A DNA stretch of 64,000 bases from Amoebophrya sp. A120 (Eukaryota; Protista; Dinoflagellata): NCBI GenBank assembly GCA_905178155.1, contig CAJINV010000004.1, forward strand, positions 10,957,655 through 11,021,654. Direction: 5' to 3'. This document shows, in pieces, positions 1 to 14,300 of the stretch. The stretch's first letter is position 1. Each line of letters opens with the position of its first letter. Below the pieces are notes generated by a model. That model did no database searches and was not told the DNA's origin. It worked only from the letters and a program-made list of their open reading frames with translations. The position numbers were made by a program, and so were the translations under genes.

Positions 1-3000
1 GACGACATGATTCTTGCTGCCCCCGCAGCCCTGCAGGACGAGAAATGCCTCAGCGACCGCAATCTTGCGATTGAAACGGTGTGCACGGCTTTGAAAGTGG
101 CCTGGCTTGCTACTTCTTCTATGAAGCTGCAGAAGGGAAGAGAACAGCACCTCCAGGGCGCTCTTGCGTACTACCAGCCAGCAGAAGACGCGGATCTTTG
201 CCACCACGAGGACAACTCGTTCGAACACGAGAAGCACTATGTGGTAGAGGCGCTCGATGAGCTGATCTTTCTTCCAAAAGGAAAAGGGAAAATAAACGTC
301 ACGGCATCGACAATCACCCGCCCGTGGTCAACAGAGAAGGGAGAAAAAGAACCACGCCCTGAAGAAGTTGGACGAAAGGCCGACGACAAAGACGCAAAAG
401 AAAAAGTCCTAGTGTTGCGTCGCAAAAAAATCTTCGCTCACCAGATCTTGCAGGACGGGTTCGAGGAGTTGTTGGATGAGCTGCAGAGTTACGTCTTCCA
501 CTGTCTCCAGCTCCTACAAGGCATGGTCCTTATGCGACGGTCTCAAAAACACGTGTGGCGTGTGCGCAGGGAACAGGCGTTGATCCAGGACTACATGAAG
601 AGGGCCGCTGCGGATGCGCGTTTTGGAAATAAAACCTCCGAGGTGAAGTTCTCGATCGTGTTGAACTATCCTCATGACTTTCGTCACCAAGAAGTACAAC
701 AAGTCGAGGTGAACAAGGCACAAGCAGCCGCTACGGAGCTTTTTTGCGTCCGACACCTTGCGCTCTTTGGTTGCGAGGGGCGCGAAATTATGGCTTCATC
801 TGACGCGGCGGTGGCGACGGAGGGAGGTTCAGTTCGCGAACAATCAGCGAACCGCGACACACCAACTGCAGAGTCGTGCGTCGAGATCTCCAGCATCCAG
901 TTCGGAACGCCTTTTGCGGAGAAGCGCATCTGCATCGGGGATCGCCTGACCCACATCAGTGCCAAGCCATGGATGCGTGTCCGCGAGCAGGTGCCGCTCG
1001 GGAAGGTTCTTTCTTTTTCGTCTTCAGCCGGGGGCAGCGCGGTGCCCGCGATAAAAACTACTTCGCGACCGATTTTCTTGGAGTTTCGGCGACCAGCGGC
1101 CGCGGTTGCCGAGGTTTCCCAGGGGAGTAAGCGGACGCTGGAGAAGCCGCGCTTTCTGAGCGCTTTTGTTTTCGGAGTAAAAGGACCTGAAGATGTAGAT
1201 GATCGGTTCAGTGAGATGAACACAACAAAAGTCGGAGTGGTGCCTGATACTGGTTATACCTCCCCGCCGGACCGACATTTTTACCTGGCAATCCGGCATC
1301 CAGCGGAACGGCGGGGGGAAATTTTTGCTTTCAGAGCAAGCGAGGGACCGCAAGTAGGTGACCGCGATAGAACAACCGCTGTACAAGACGGCGTAGATGG
1401 TGAAGCCAGCGACGCTCTTGACGCAGTGCTGCAGCGCTTTTTTTCGGAGAAAGCGGACCAAAACTTCCACCAAAGCCGCCCTGATGCGTCTATTTGGGAA
1501 AGCTTTGCGCGCGATAAACTCCTGCGACACAAGTCTCGGCGCATTCTGACTGAGAACGACTACGATTGGCTGGCTCAGTGCGAGGATGAATTTCTCGGAA
1601 GTGTCCGCCAGCGCGACGCGGAGCTCGTTGCAGCGCGAATCACCAAGATCGTGCAAGATTTCGCTACAGGAACAGCAGCAGGCGGCGATGGCAATGGGGC
1701 TTCCAATCCCGACCCTGGCGATAAGTCCTCCAGCGCCGAAAGTGGGGCTCCAGCGGGCGCTGGAAAAGAGGAACGACAGAAGAGCGGGCCGCTCCGCCAA
1801 TCTCGGTTCGCGCCCGTCGCTGTCGGCCACGTTGCGAGGACGGCCTGTTCGAAGCTTCTGCACACGCTGCTGCCAAGAGTAAGTGCCAGGTCGCCGCCCA
1901 ATACTGTTGCGGCTGTTGAAAACAAAAAGGACGATTTGGTGTGTGAAGTGTTCGAGTCCGACTACTTTCCGAAGCTGAAAAATAACAGCTTTTCAGTATC
2001 ATCTTCTTCTTCCATAAATAAAGGCAGTACAACTACACGTCGAGGAGACACAACCCCGGCAAGGGTAGTTCAAAAGAAAGCGGCTACTTCAAGCGCCCTC
2101 GTCCGTCGCGTCGTCCTGGAAAACCTCTCCGCCCTCGATCCCACTTTTCTGTTCGACGAGGAGGCGCCCCACAGCGTTTTGTCGGTCCAGCACGCAAGCC
2201 CCGTGTCCATCGCCGGTGTGCTCGTCGGCGACGAACTTTTGGCGATCAATGGCCAGAGGCCAAAGAAGTTTTTGCAAGATTATCAAATGGAAAAGCATCG
2301 TACTCCTACTAAGCGCAGATATGCATGATAAATCTGCTTCCCAAGGTAGATCAGCATGACAAATTCCATTTTCCATTCTGAGGAAATTTGTCATGCGATT
2401 TATACTAGTACGATACTTATACTTTTGCAATGCATAAAGATTCGAATTCGACGAATTCCATGCGACAAAGGCCGCTAGCGTTGTTGTTCCTGGATTCAGT
2501 GAAATTGGCTGGATTGCTGGCGCCCTTCCTACCGGGCGTGGAGACGATGATGCGGCGGCAGAGGTTGAAGGTGCAAGTAGAGAACAAGCAAAGTAGACGT
2601 GCCGCTCGCCCTGCAGGTTCGTCCGCAGCGTCGAGTGCACAGGCGCCACAGAAGACCAAGGGCTTCGCAACTGCTTCGTCGGAAAGGCCGAGGGGCGGAC
2701 ATGCAAATGGCAGTTCTATTGGCACTAGCACTACACCCCCTTCGAAATTCGCACCAAAAGGCCGTCAGCTTGTGTCTAGCAGTGGTAGTGGAGCTGGCAG
2801 CAAAGCCGCAGAGAGCGCGAGTCGCATGGCGCGTCAGGGTGACGAGAAAAGTCAAGCACTCTCGAGCACCACAAACATGAAAACAAGAGGAACAAAAACG
2901 AGTGAAATGATCGAACCTACGAGCAAGACTCAATGCGAAATAGCAAAGCCGAAATCTGAATTCGCGGAGCTATCACCGCAACCGAAAGTTGAGAGCTCCG

Positions 3001-4400
3001 GGCCAACGGTGAGGGGCAGAAATCGGCTGCAGCAAGGGTCGCCTGCGATACTACTTGCTACGGAGCCATCGCCAGAGGGTGCAGGAGCTTCCGCTGGAGA
3101 ATTTTTCGATGAGGAACCTCCCAACAGACCTTATGGGGCTGAGCGATCTACGTTTCAGCCATTCATCAAAACTCCCGCACAAGAAAGGACAAACGAAGCC
3201 GCTTCGTTTTTGAATGCTCTCTACGCACCAAAAGCATCTTCAGATGAAACTACAGCGGCCGCCCAAATTCCGCTCTGTGTCGTCAGCAAATCGTCTTCCC
3301 TTGGTTTCACGTATTGCGGCTCAGTGTCCGCCGGCCACGTTCTCGTTCGGACCGTTTTGCCCGATTCGCTCCCCGCGCTCCTTGGTGTCACACCGGGCAC
3401 AGCAATCGCGTCCGTGAATGGAGTGCGTGTCTCTAGTACAACGATTCGCGGTGGAGTAGAACTTCAATCCGAACATCATCATCTTCATCAAACCGAAGAT
3501 AGCGAAGATTTTCTCGACCAGCAGCTAAGCAAGAGACCGTGTGTGGTCGTGTTTGACCCACCCTCTTCCTATTCCGTGAAAATTAACCATCCCCATCCAT
3601 TTTGTGCATGACAAACAGAGGATTTTATGTATGTTTTGCATGACAACCTGGATGGGGATGGTTAATTTTCAGGGGATACTTCCCAACACTTGCGGCAGCT
3701 TGAACTGGAGAACAAACTTTTTCCAGACAAAGCAGAGAAACGAAAGAGAGTCGAGAAGGCCATGCGGTTCCTCGCTGAGGACCTTTTTCCTCTTTGCCCG
3801 AACGTTTTCGTGCAGAATGAAATTGCGACTTCGAAAAATTTGAGCTCGTCAAAACGGGAAGAAGGATCTGGTGCCGCTGCTGCCGATGCCGACGCTGGCC
3901 GGAGACACGAAATCCGTCTCACTACCTCCTTTGCTGACCTAGCTACTGTCTTGTGGCATAAGGAAAAGCCAGCGGACTCGCTAGCTGCTGGCACGGCATC
4001 TTCATCGTCTGCATCTTCAGCGATTATCAGACCTACCACACGGGAGCTTGATAGTACTGCTGAGGGAAGCGGAAGTAGAAGCGGCGTTACGAGCAGGACA
4101 GACACTGCTGCACGACCTCCAACCCTTTTCGATCAAACTTCAGTGTCGGACGTGGGGATCACGCTGTGGGGTCACCCATCGGACCGAGTTTTCGTGTCCA
4201 AAGTCACCTACCCGTCGGTTGCGGACAGCCACGGAATTCGAATCGGGGCGGAACTGGTGAAGATCAATGGCTTTCCTTTGCCGTTGCCGTTCCAGGACTT
4301 GGAAAAAGTCGAGGCTGTGGTCAACAAAGTAGCGGCCGATGGGATATCGACAGAAGTGAGCAATTCAGTCGCGTTGGACTTTTTGCAGCTGCGAGGCTAA
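1..4400 (+). CDS. Multi-PDZ-domain protein, possibly 5'-truncated; exons ~1/7-2280, 2442-3569, 3684-4400
   Basis: ORFs 7..2328, 2430..3611 and 3690..4400 join in frame after removing two TIR elements plus one TSD each (161 and 114 nt). Repeated PDZ-like segments: SPVSIAGVLVGDELLAING, SLPALLGVTPGTAIASVNG, SVADSHGIRIGAELVKING. Confidence 0.7.
2281..2436. mobile_element. Introner, family A (non-canonical TIR intron)
   Basis: tatcaaatggaaaagcatcgtac...gtacgatacttatacttttgcaatgcata; TSD aagat/aagat; removal restores frame. Confidence 0.85.
3570..3678. mobile_element. Introner (TIR intron)
   Basis: 23-bp perfect core TIR tgaaaattaaccatccccatcca/tggatggggatggttaattttca; TSD cttcc; 114 nt removed is in frame. 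Confidence 0.9.
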
Positions 4401-5379
4401 GTCGTTGTACCACCGCGCGCTCATCATCTTCTCGCGATTTTATACTTGAGGAGGAACATAATCACAAATCGTAGATGGAAGGCGAACAAGTTCGAAGAAC
4501 GAAAAGCCTGCGCGAACCTTTCCGACGGAGACTCAGACTGTTTTTACTTTCAGTCGCAGCCACTCGCAGCAGCAGTGGTTGCGAACATGGATACGACAGT
4601 GTTAATATGCATGTAGATGTACAAAGCCGATCATCGCGACCTGTTGATCTGATGGACCAGGATTCAATGTTTCGAGGAAGCCGGAGCTGTTCTACTTCTA
4701 TCCCGTGCCTGCGTCGGTTCTTGTGTCGCCTTGCGTGTAGTAGACCATCGTACGTTTCTGTTTCAATGCGAACCTCTATTCTCGTAAAGATGCTGTCTTT
4801 TTTTCCCGTAAAATGGCTGGTCTGTCGGTCTGCTCGTTGTCGGTAGGTCTGAATTTCATTTCATGTACCCAGCTGCCACTGCTCGGTACAACTACACCTT
4901 CAATACTATCTCACTCAGTTTTTTTGTGCTCGTCCTCGTTGTGTCATCGTCGTCGAAGCTGATTTGAGATGCGACTGCAGCAAGAAACAAGGGCATTTGC
5001 CCTGGTGGACTCAACAAATTATTATAAAAGTAAAGACCTCGTCGATGCAGCGCATCAGCATCACATCACGAGAAATTGCTTGATTCTTCGGAGCGATTTA
5101 CTTGTACGAATGTAAAAGCTTCGGTGAACACAAAAATAGTAACCCAACCCGACATGGCCCCACTGGATCCGCGCCAGACCGTGGCGCTGTCGCCCGGCAA
5201 GATGCCGGGGAGCACAATGCAGGAGCAGTTCGGAGAAAAGCTCTGCAGCCGAATGTCGATCGTGAACCTGCATCCGACGTCCGACCGGCTAGAGCGACCA
5301 AAGTCCGCTTGTGGAAAACTCGAATCTCCGTTTGGAAAACTGGTTCGAAGTTTTTTTTCAAATGATCAACGGAGTTTGA

Positions 5380-8300
5380 ATGGAATCTGTAGCGCGTGTC
5401 TTTCTTGACTACCTGCCAAGCAGTCGTGCTTCTTATTTCTATAAGGACATACTTTCCCAAATACAACAGGTCCGCACCTCCCGCTGGGTCGAGCACGCTG
5501 CGAATTACTTTGAAAGATGTTCCAAGCTCGAGCCCAACCGGCAGATTTCCGAGGAAGCCTTTCTCAAGCAGCTTTCGGACGAGCACGAGCGAGAACGAAT
5601 TGCGGCTGCAGGAGAATCAAGCGCAACTGTTGAGGCAGGACAGGCACAGCTGGATCAAGAAAATTTACCTCCTGGTGGAAACATCACCCCGATATCGGCC
5701 GCGTCTTCTTCTGCAAAGGGAGGAAGTGCTGGGATGATTACAAACAAAACGGGTACAACAACAGCAGCAAATCCAAACTCGACTAAACCTGCAGGAGCCA
5801 CCAGCACGACCGTGAAACTCCCCTCCGGAATCATCGAGCTTTCCCCCAACACCGGGTATCTTATCCTCGAGGATGGCGTGGAGCTTTGGGAAGTTACCAC
5901 CGTCGACCAGGACTGGCTTGACAACTGGTCCGCGCTGCCGATCAAGAGTCGGCTGCAGGCGGAAGTGAAGAGCATGGACGGGAACAAGGTAAGCAGGAGA
6001 TCTCTGCTAGTGGAGCCGCCAACGATGGATGGACAAGCTGGTGCGGGTTCGGCTTCGTCGAATATTAAACTGATGAAGAACAAACCACTCTCTCCACAAT
6101 CTCCTCCCGGAGACGGCATGGGAACAAGTAGCAGCGCAACAAAAACTGCTGGCGCGGCAGTACTAGCACATCCTGCGGGTGAAAGTGACAAAGACCCAGC
6201 GGCCTCGTCCAGTACCACCGCGCCGATGCTCAAATTGCTTTCCCGCTGCTCCGTCGCGGCCTTGGAAGCGGAAGGTGAAGCCAAGGACGATGTTGATGAA
6301 GCGCAAGTACAGCCAAAAAGACTCGAGTACAGGGTCGGGCGGCGGAGACTCCTTCAGTGTGGGAATTTTGTGAATGAAAGGCTCGTCCTCGGGCTAGAAA
6401 ATCTCGAGAAGCTCCCCTACCAGCGTCAGTTTCTCGTGTATCAAATGCCGCTTGAGGAACAGGAAGAAAAAATCATAGACGAATTGGAGGACTACGGGCC
6501 CTGGAGCCACGACGCGGACGCGAAGAAAAACAGCATGAGTAAGCAAGTCAATGTCCGGATGAACAAGAATAAAAAGATGCTACTTCAAAAGCAGAAATCC
6601 TCTACTTCGCTAGTGAACGAGGCGGAGCACGTCGCTCTGAAGTTTTCGCGAAAGGAGTTCGAAGACAGTCTGACCGCCGCGTTTGGCGCTATGCATGGCA
6701 AAAGTATCGTACTAGTATGAATTGCATGACAATAAATGTTTCCAAAAGGAAAAATGAAATTTGTCATGCTGCTTCAGGTGAAGAGCTAGATCTGTAATGC
6801 ACGCCGGGCATTTAATATACGAGTACGATACTTTAACTTTTCTTGCACGGGATATGCGCCGAGCAGCTCCAAAATGAGGTCCTCAGTACTTCTGCCACGA
6901 CACCGGGCGGTATAACAGTGCACAACTCCCCCTCCCCCTCATTTGTATAGCATGAACGGCAATACAAGCATCAGCAAGAATGCCGGTTTTGCATGACAAA
7001 TTTGCGGTGGAGTATGGTGCTATTTGGGCTACCAGAACTTGTCATGCAAACAGTGTCAAGAGGCAAAGGGTGGATTGGGTATTTTGCATGACAAATGAGG
7101 GGGAGGGGGAGTTGTGCACTGTCATAGGCGGTGCGTCTGGTGTCGACAGCACGGGGCACCAGAACAAAACTGGCGCTGCTGGACTCAACCAGCAACAGAC
7201 CGCGATCCAGAAGACCAAAACGGTAATCGCACCGTCGAACAACCACAGCCCGGTGCACCGCGAGATCTCGCGGGAGTTCGTCCGCGGGACGACCAGTCGC
7301 GACCGGGCGAAGCTGATGCAATTTGTGTTGCAAAGACAACAGGAAAGGTACGACCGATTTATGGCGCGAGCTGCAGCGGCTGCTACCAGTCCTATGATCC
7401 AGCCTCCACGACAAGTGAATGGCGCCGCGGTTGCCCGGGTGGCTTCGTACACCAACGACCTGGAGGACGACGAGGAGGATGAGGACGATTTGGACCACGA
7501 GGGCTTGGGGAAACTACTGCGGGGCTTGAAGCACGTGTACGCCACGGTGGTGCGCTTGGATGCGTTCCAGGACTGCAAGGAGAGCTTCATTTACAGCATG
7601 GTGTTGTACTGTACCGATATCAAGACCTATTTACCAGGTACAGCTTTTCGCTGTGCTGGTGCAGCTCCTAGTAACGAACATGTCCTCAGCAACATCCAGA
7701 GGGATATGCTTATACTATGCGTGTCCCTATGCAGTGTTGTATCTAATGCTCATCAGAATCAGAGCATGAACAAATTAAACTTTCACCATCATCCAAAAAC
7801 AGGCGAATCGATCATCCGACAGGGTGATACGGGCAGTTGGATGGGTATGATCATTTCTGGTACCGCGAACGTCGAGGTAAACCGCAGCACTGAAGACGAA
7901 AAGGACCAGGATGCAGAGCAAGATCAATACGGTCATCATCTGTCTACCCAGCAACAGAACGCAGTTACGAAAAAGCAAACAACCGCTTCTCCTAGCTCGG
8001 GTCTTCTGACAGCTCCGCCCTCCAAGCGGATCTTTGTGCGCTCCCTGTTCGACGGGGCGGTGTTTGGGGAGCTTTCGCTTCTCGGAATCGCGAACGTGCG
8101 GTCCGCGACCATCACCGCGAAGCTGTTCACGAATTTGTGCATCCTGCGGCGCGCGGACTTCATTTTGCTGTTGCAAAGATTTCCGGACGCGGCAGCGAGT
8201 TTGGCGAAGCTGGCGCGGCACAGAATCAAGGACTTCTTCGTGAACCACCCAAACGAGGCGAAGATGCTGAAGGACTTAGCCCTGTTCAAGCAGCAGTGCT

Positions 8301-11300
8301 CGACTCAGTTCTTGGACTTGCTTCAGAAAAAAGTGACGTTGAAATTTTTCGACGCGGGCGAGGTCATTGTGACGGAAAGGTCCCGTTCGGACGGAAACAT
8401 GTACGTGATCCAGTTTGGGTGCTGCTCGGTTTCCATCCGAGGGACGAACATCGCGACGTTGCAAGACGGGGAGTATTTCGGGGAGCAAACGGCGCTGGGG
8501 ATGAGCGACGTGTATAGTGGAACTACTGGTGCGTTGATGTTGGTATACCATTCCGTAGAAGACGAACTTAGTAGGCCAAGCAGATTACATTTGATCGAAA
8601 ACAATAGACAAAGCTATAGTAAGTGTAAGCTGCTACTTGCATTGCAATTCTTGCACCATCATGTAGTCGTGACGACTTAGAAGAAAGCGTGATGTTCTTG
8701 TACAGGCACAGCGCACTGACTACCCCAATCCCATGTCTTGAAGAAATAAATCTCAATTAGCTACACCGCCACCGTGACCGCGGGGTCGATTTGCCTGGTC
8801 CACATCCTCTCCCGGGAGTCCATTCAGGAGGCGCTGAACGTGTGTCCCTCGGAGTTGAAGATTTTCAAAAACGTCGCCGGCCGCCCAAACCACGCGTTGA
8901 AACTGAGTCAGATCCCGTTTTTTCAGGATATAACGCGCTCAGGGGTTACAATCTCAAACGTTGCGAATAGAATCTGGAATTTCTGTTGCAAAGTACGCAA
9001 AGTCTGGTCTACTCCAAAAGGAGCGCGCGTGACAAGTTTCGGAGCTCCAAACCCCATGAGAATCTGACAAAATTTGTATTGCGAAAAGCCCAAGTCTCAG
9101 TATGGTACTGATGCTGTTCATGCAAGACAAATTCCAGACTCTATTGTAACGTTTGAGAATGTAACGTTGGAGAACCCCATACAGGACCTGAACCCGGAAT
9201 TCTGCCGGATTCTACAGGACACAACCATGGACGACATGCTGGTTTTGCCCGGGGACATACTGGTCCGGGAGTCCGCACTGGCCGACTCCATGCTTCTGCT
9301 GCAGAGTGGGAGTGTAATAAAGGAAGCAGCTTCTTCGCTGCATGATGATGATGTTGACATATGAGAAGATAATTGGTGTGCGTTTGCGTGTAAACACGTT
9401 CATGCAGAAGCTGTGCAAGTTATAGAAGTAAAAATCTTCATCCCTTTCCCTACTCAGGTCGACGTGCTGGTGAACCGCGGGCACCACAAGGTCCGCGAGA
9501 TCCAGGCCCCACCGGTTCACACGTTCGGCGAGTTTTCGCTGGTCGAGGGGTGGAGCAGCCGCCGGACCGCCACGCTGAAGGCCAACACCGTTTGCTACGT
9601 GCAGGTCTTGCACAGGTCTGTCGTGAAGAACGTGCTCCAGCGGGATTTCCCGCAGGAAATTCGGAAGTTTGAATCCCTAGCCGCGAAGCACCTGTACCAG
9701 CTACCTCCCAGCGGGAATTTGTACTTGGATATCCCGCTGTTCCGTGACTCCCCCTCCCGGTTTCTGTACAAACTAGATTTGTTTTCCGAGCGGTGCATCT
9801 TCTACACGGGCGATGTCATTGTGGAGCCCACGACGCAACCAAGCAGTCCAGCTAGGGGCCAGCGAGGGAGAGACGCTGAGGACCACTCGATGGAAGCTGT
9901 GGATGCGGATGGTACGATAAGCGAGCAGGACCATCTATGGATGTGTCAGAGTTGAAATCGACAAAGTTGAAATAATTTGTCATGCATAAAATGGATGCCA
10001 GTTGGAACCCATTTTCCAAGTGGCGCATGACAAATTTCGGCGGTCCCTAAATCCAGTTTGTCATGCTGTTTAGGCAAATAATAGTGATTTTCTCATGCTA
10101 CTTTAGCAGCTCGAGCTGCAACCCCAAACAGGCTTACAATCGGCCTCACTTGCCTGCTCTGCAACACACGCACCTCGGGGCAGGCATTTTTTGCAATACA
10201 AATTATTTCAACTTTGACGATTTCAAACCTGACGCTTCCATACCATCATGCAGCTGGTGGTTCATTGTTATCCGGCGAAAAAACAAAGCCGGACCACAAA
10301 AACGCCCCTAGCAAAGACGACGACAAGGACAACCATTCGATTGCTTCGTCCGACGACGCCAGCAACTTAGCGTCGTCCCCGAACAATTTGGCGTCAAACT
10401 CGAAAAAGCTCGGCTTTTCGCGCCGTCGATCCGCCGACGTGGCGCTCGACTCGCCGTCGGCCAGGAACAGTATCGACGGGGCGCACATGACGCGGTCCAT
10501 GGACTTGCGGATACGGCGAACCATTTCCTCCGCGGAGGAGGTCCCGGCCGACCTGGCCTGGGCGGAGCGGAAATCGGTAAGGGGAAAGCCCGTTGGGCCC
10601 ACGGAGTCGTCGAGGAGGCGGGAAAGCGAGCAGTTCGGGAAAACAACAACGGACCGGATAAATCTGAAATACCTTCCGGTATCATGTAGTACAGGATTAC
10701 GTTCAGTTTTGGTCTGGAAGCTGTAGTTGATAAAAGAAGATCATCTTCTGAAGGTGGCATGCTGCACAGGCATGTCCTCTCAGTATTGCTCAGTGCATGA
10801 CTTTCGTGTTGATTGTGATGGTCGCCTTCGGAGCAGGAGGTGGTAGCAATAGAGATGAAGTTCTTTCACCCAAACTGTTTCACCTAATAAACTGTACAGC
10901 CCGACTTCCAAGCGCTGTTCATGCTTCTGAAGGGCGAGTTGGAGGTTTTGCACGGCGATGAGGTCATCACCACGCTTAAGTCCGGGGACACGTTTGGCGA
11001 AATTTTCGCCCTGGGCCTGCGGTCCGACCGCGTGGCGACCATTCGGGCGAAGACTCTGTGTGATATCCTGTCCGTTGAGAAGTCCGCCCTCGACGCAGCG
11101 CTCGCGGAGTTTCCGGAGGAGCGGAAAAGACTGGAAGCCATCGCCATCGAAAGACTGAAGGACTTCGAGCTGGTGACCGGTCTGGTAACTGGCGCGGACC
11201 CGGCCAGCAGCAAGGAAGCGTCGCCTGTTGGAGTGGCGCCGACGAGTGGTCTCTTGGAGGCAGAGTCTCCCACTGCAGCCATGCTGCAGAACAAGTCATC

Positions 11301-14300
11301 TTCAGGTCTTCTCAAAAAACAGCGCAGCAGCGCGAATTTGGGTGGAGGTGTTGGTACTAGTACAGGAGGGAAAAATAACACAACAAGTGCCGGTATGAAT
11401 TGCAAAAGTATCGTACTCGTATAAATGCATTAGCATGATTACAAATTTCTTCAGCATGAAAAATAAAATTTGTAATTCGGATTTACCTGAAGAAAAAGAT
11501 TTGTAATGCATGACTGCAATACGTATACGATTGCGATACTTTTGCACAGGATAGCCGATGATCAGAATTGGATGTCGGAGGCCGATCGGTTGCAGCAGGT
11601 TTCTACTTATGCACTGCAAATATGTCTGGGTCTGGAAGGATGCAGCTTGTCATGCTAAATCTGGATCATGCAAAAATTTGTGTTGCATGATTACCAAAAG
11701 GAAACAAAGCTGTCCACTTTTGAACAAGTTGGGAGTGAGTTTCTCATGCAGGATAGGCATAGTAGAGATCTCACAGAATCTGTAACTATGCTAGATCCTG
11801 CATGGCAGACTTCTTGTGTCATACCGAACCTGCATGAGAAGGCTTGTACTCTTCCAGACCCAGACATATTTGCATTTGATACTACTTCCTCATCGTCTTC
11901 CCGCCTGCACTATGCATTGCAAAAGTATCTTACGTAGTATAAGTTGCATCACAAATAATTTTTCAGAAGGAAAAATGTAATGCTGATTCAACTAAAAAGG
12001 GATATTTGTCATGGTGCATGATAGCAATTAGTACGAGTACGATACTTTTGCAGTTCATATGCAAGCAGATTCTACAGCGACCGAGGACGACGACGAAGTG
12101 TCGCGGATTCAGCGGCAGAGAGAGGCGGTCAGCTTGTACCAGGCGAAGCGAGGTGACCCCGGCGAGTCCGATCCCTACCCGGCTATGGAACTGTCAGGAT
12201 TGAAATTGACAAAGTTGAAAAATTTGCGATGCATAAAATCGATACCAGTTGGAAGCCCAATTTCTAAGCGGTGCATGACAAATTTCGGCGCCGTCCTCTA
12301 AATCCAGTCTGTTATGCTGTTTAGCGAAAGAAGGTATCCTTTGCCATGCTACTTTAGCAGCTCTATCCTAGACCCGAAACAGGCGATCAATCGGCCTCAG
12401 TTGCAATCCCCGCAAGACAGTTACTTCGTGCCTTGCATTTTGTGCATCACAGATTATTTCAACTTTGTCGATTTCAATCCTGACACTCCCATACCGGCGA
12501 TCACGAACTTAATCCATGCGCACTACTTGAAAAAGGAGGGACACGACGACGGGAAAATGGTTTCCAGTCCGGACAAGCGGAACCGGAGAGAATTCCTAGA
12601 CGCGTTAGAATCCTTCAACGCGGGGTTTTTGCTCTCCCGCGTTTTCTACAACGAGCATGAACTCGAGCCCGGATCCATCGGATCTTCCCCCCGGACGACC
12701 AAGGCAATTCGGGATAGAGTTGTCAGCTCATCGAACGGGGACCACGGGGACGGCGAAACAAGCGCAAAAAGACCTGGTACTAAAACCCTACTCGGCAGCT
12801 TGACATCAGATGCAGCGGTAGATGAGGCAAAGACTCAAGATGCAGCACCAAGTGGCAGCGAAGATCTCAATGCTGAAACGACGACGAACAAAGCTGCTTC
12901 TTCTACAGGGAAAGAGCAGCGAAGCGTGAAGTTTGCCGCAGTTGGTAGCTCTTCGAGCGACGATGAAGATGGGGAATCGGCTGGGGGTGGACCGATGAAA
13001 GGTAAAAAAGAGATGAAAACTTCTGGAAGAAGTGAGCCGCAGTTGCCAGCACTCAGTTCGCCGCATCCAAACAAGTTCTCGTCAACATTATCACCACCGG
13101 GGAAAAAGACGAAAAATGAAGGCGGAGAGCAAGAAAATGAAACGGATTACAAGCTAAGTCAAATCATGCAGAATGTGTTGGACATCCTAGAGCAAGAAGA
13201 AGAAAACATTCTTCTAACATCAGACGGGGGTGCAAATACAATTCTAAGTACAACAACAGCCAAAACAGCAATCGCGGGCACAGAGTCCACCTCGGAGCCC
13301 CCGCCCCGCCCCTCCACCTCCCCGGCGGTTGTGTCCGCACCGGTCCGTGGGCCGTCTGGTTCTTCGCGGAAAAAGAGTATCGGCGAAGAGATCGCGTCAA
13401 CTAGTTTGCAAGCCCGGCAGGCAAACCGACCAAGAAGGTCGATGCACCGGCTGCTGTCGACCAGCAAGCGGCTTTTGCCGGTATTACAATGAAAAATGCC
13501 CCCAACACGGAATTTGCAGAAGTTTGTCATGCAAAGTTTCCAAATGAAAGGTTTTTGTCTTGCATGAAAGGACTGCGAGCCTTTCTGATGCAGAATGTAG
13601 GTGCGCAAGGTGCCTTGTGCATAACAGATCCGGCTGCTGTTGGGCCCCGTCGCAACACAAAGTCGAGCTATTCAGCATGGAAAATTTGTGATGCTAAGAT
13701 ATGCAAGACGGGAAATGTTTCTATTGGAAGGGTTTGCAATACAAATGGAAATGCTGCCAAGTGTGGGGTGGGGGCATTTTTCATTGTAATAGCCGGGAGA
13801 TGTGATTCTGGATGCGGTCTTGGACCAGAAAACCTGTATCGCAAGAAAAAAGTGTTACAGTTACACATTGTGTTGCGAAACAAGCAAGGCAGGCAACCTT
13901 TGTCATGCAGGAGATGCTTGGCAGCCTCATTTCATTCCTGTTTTCCCTTATAGTCTGCGCGTCACAGGTTTGCTTTGGCATGTCGAGCAACTTTGTGATG
14001 CAGAAACTCCAACAAATGTGTTACTGTAACACTTTTTTCGTGGGAGAACCTGTGAGGGAATCACCGTAGCGGGGATCATCGGGCGACTCTCCGCAATGAC
14101 AGATGTGATAAAAGCCAGGGAACAAGAAATAGGGGAAGAGAAAGAGCGGGATAACTGTCCTCGTGTGGCGGGGCAAGAGGTTGAGGAAGGAAGTGACGAT
14201 AAGCAATTGGTATTCTTCGTAGTTCTGATGTTGTTCCTACATGGCGTTAAAAAGTTTTTTGAAGTAGTTCATCGTTGAATCGTTCAGATGCAGCTTCGTT

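Noticed and set aside
5076-5408. Possible programmed frameshift at a T8 run linking the upstream ORF to 5380
   Set aside because: It cannot be distinguished from an unrecognised intron, a homopolymer error or a spurious ORF.
7638-7802. In-frame 55-aa insert within a cNMP domain
   Set aside because: It is better explained as a stop-free GT-AG intron; removal gives the typical YLPGESIIRQGD.
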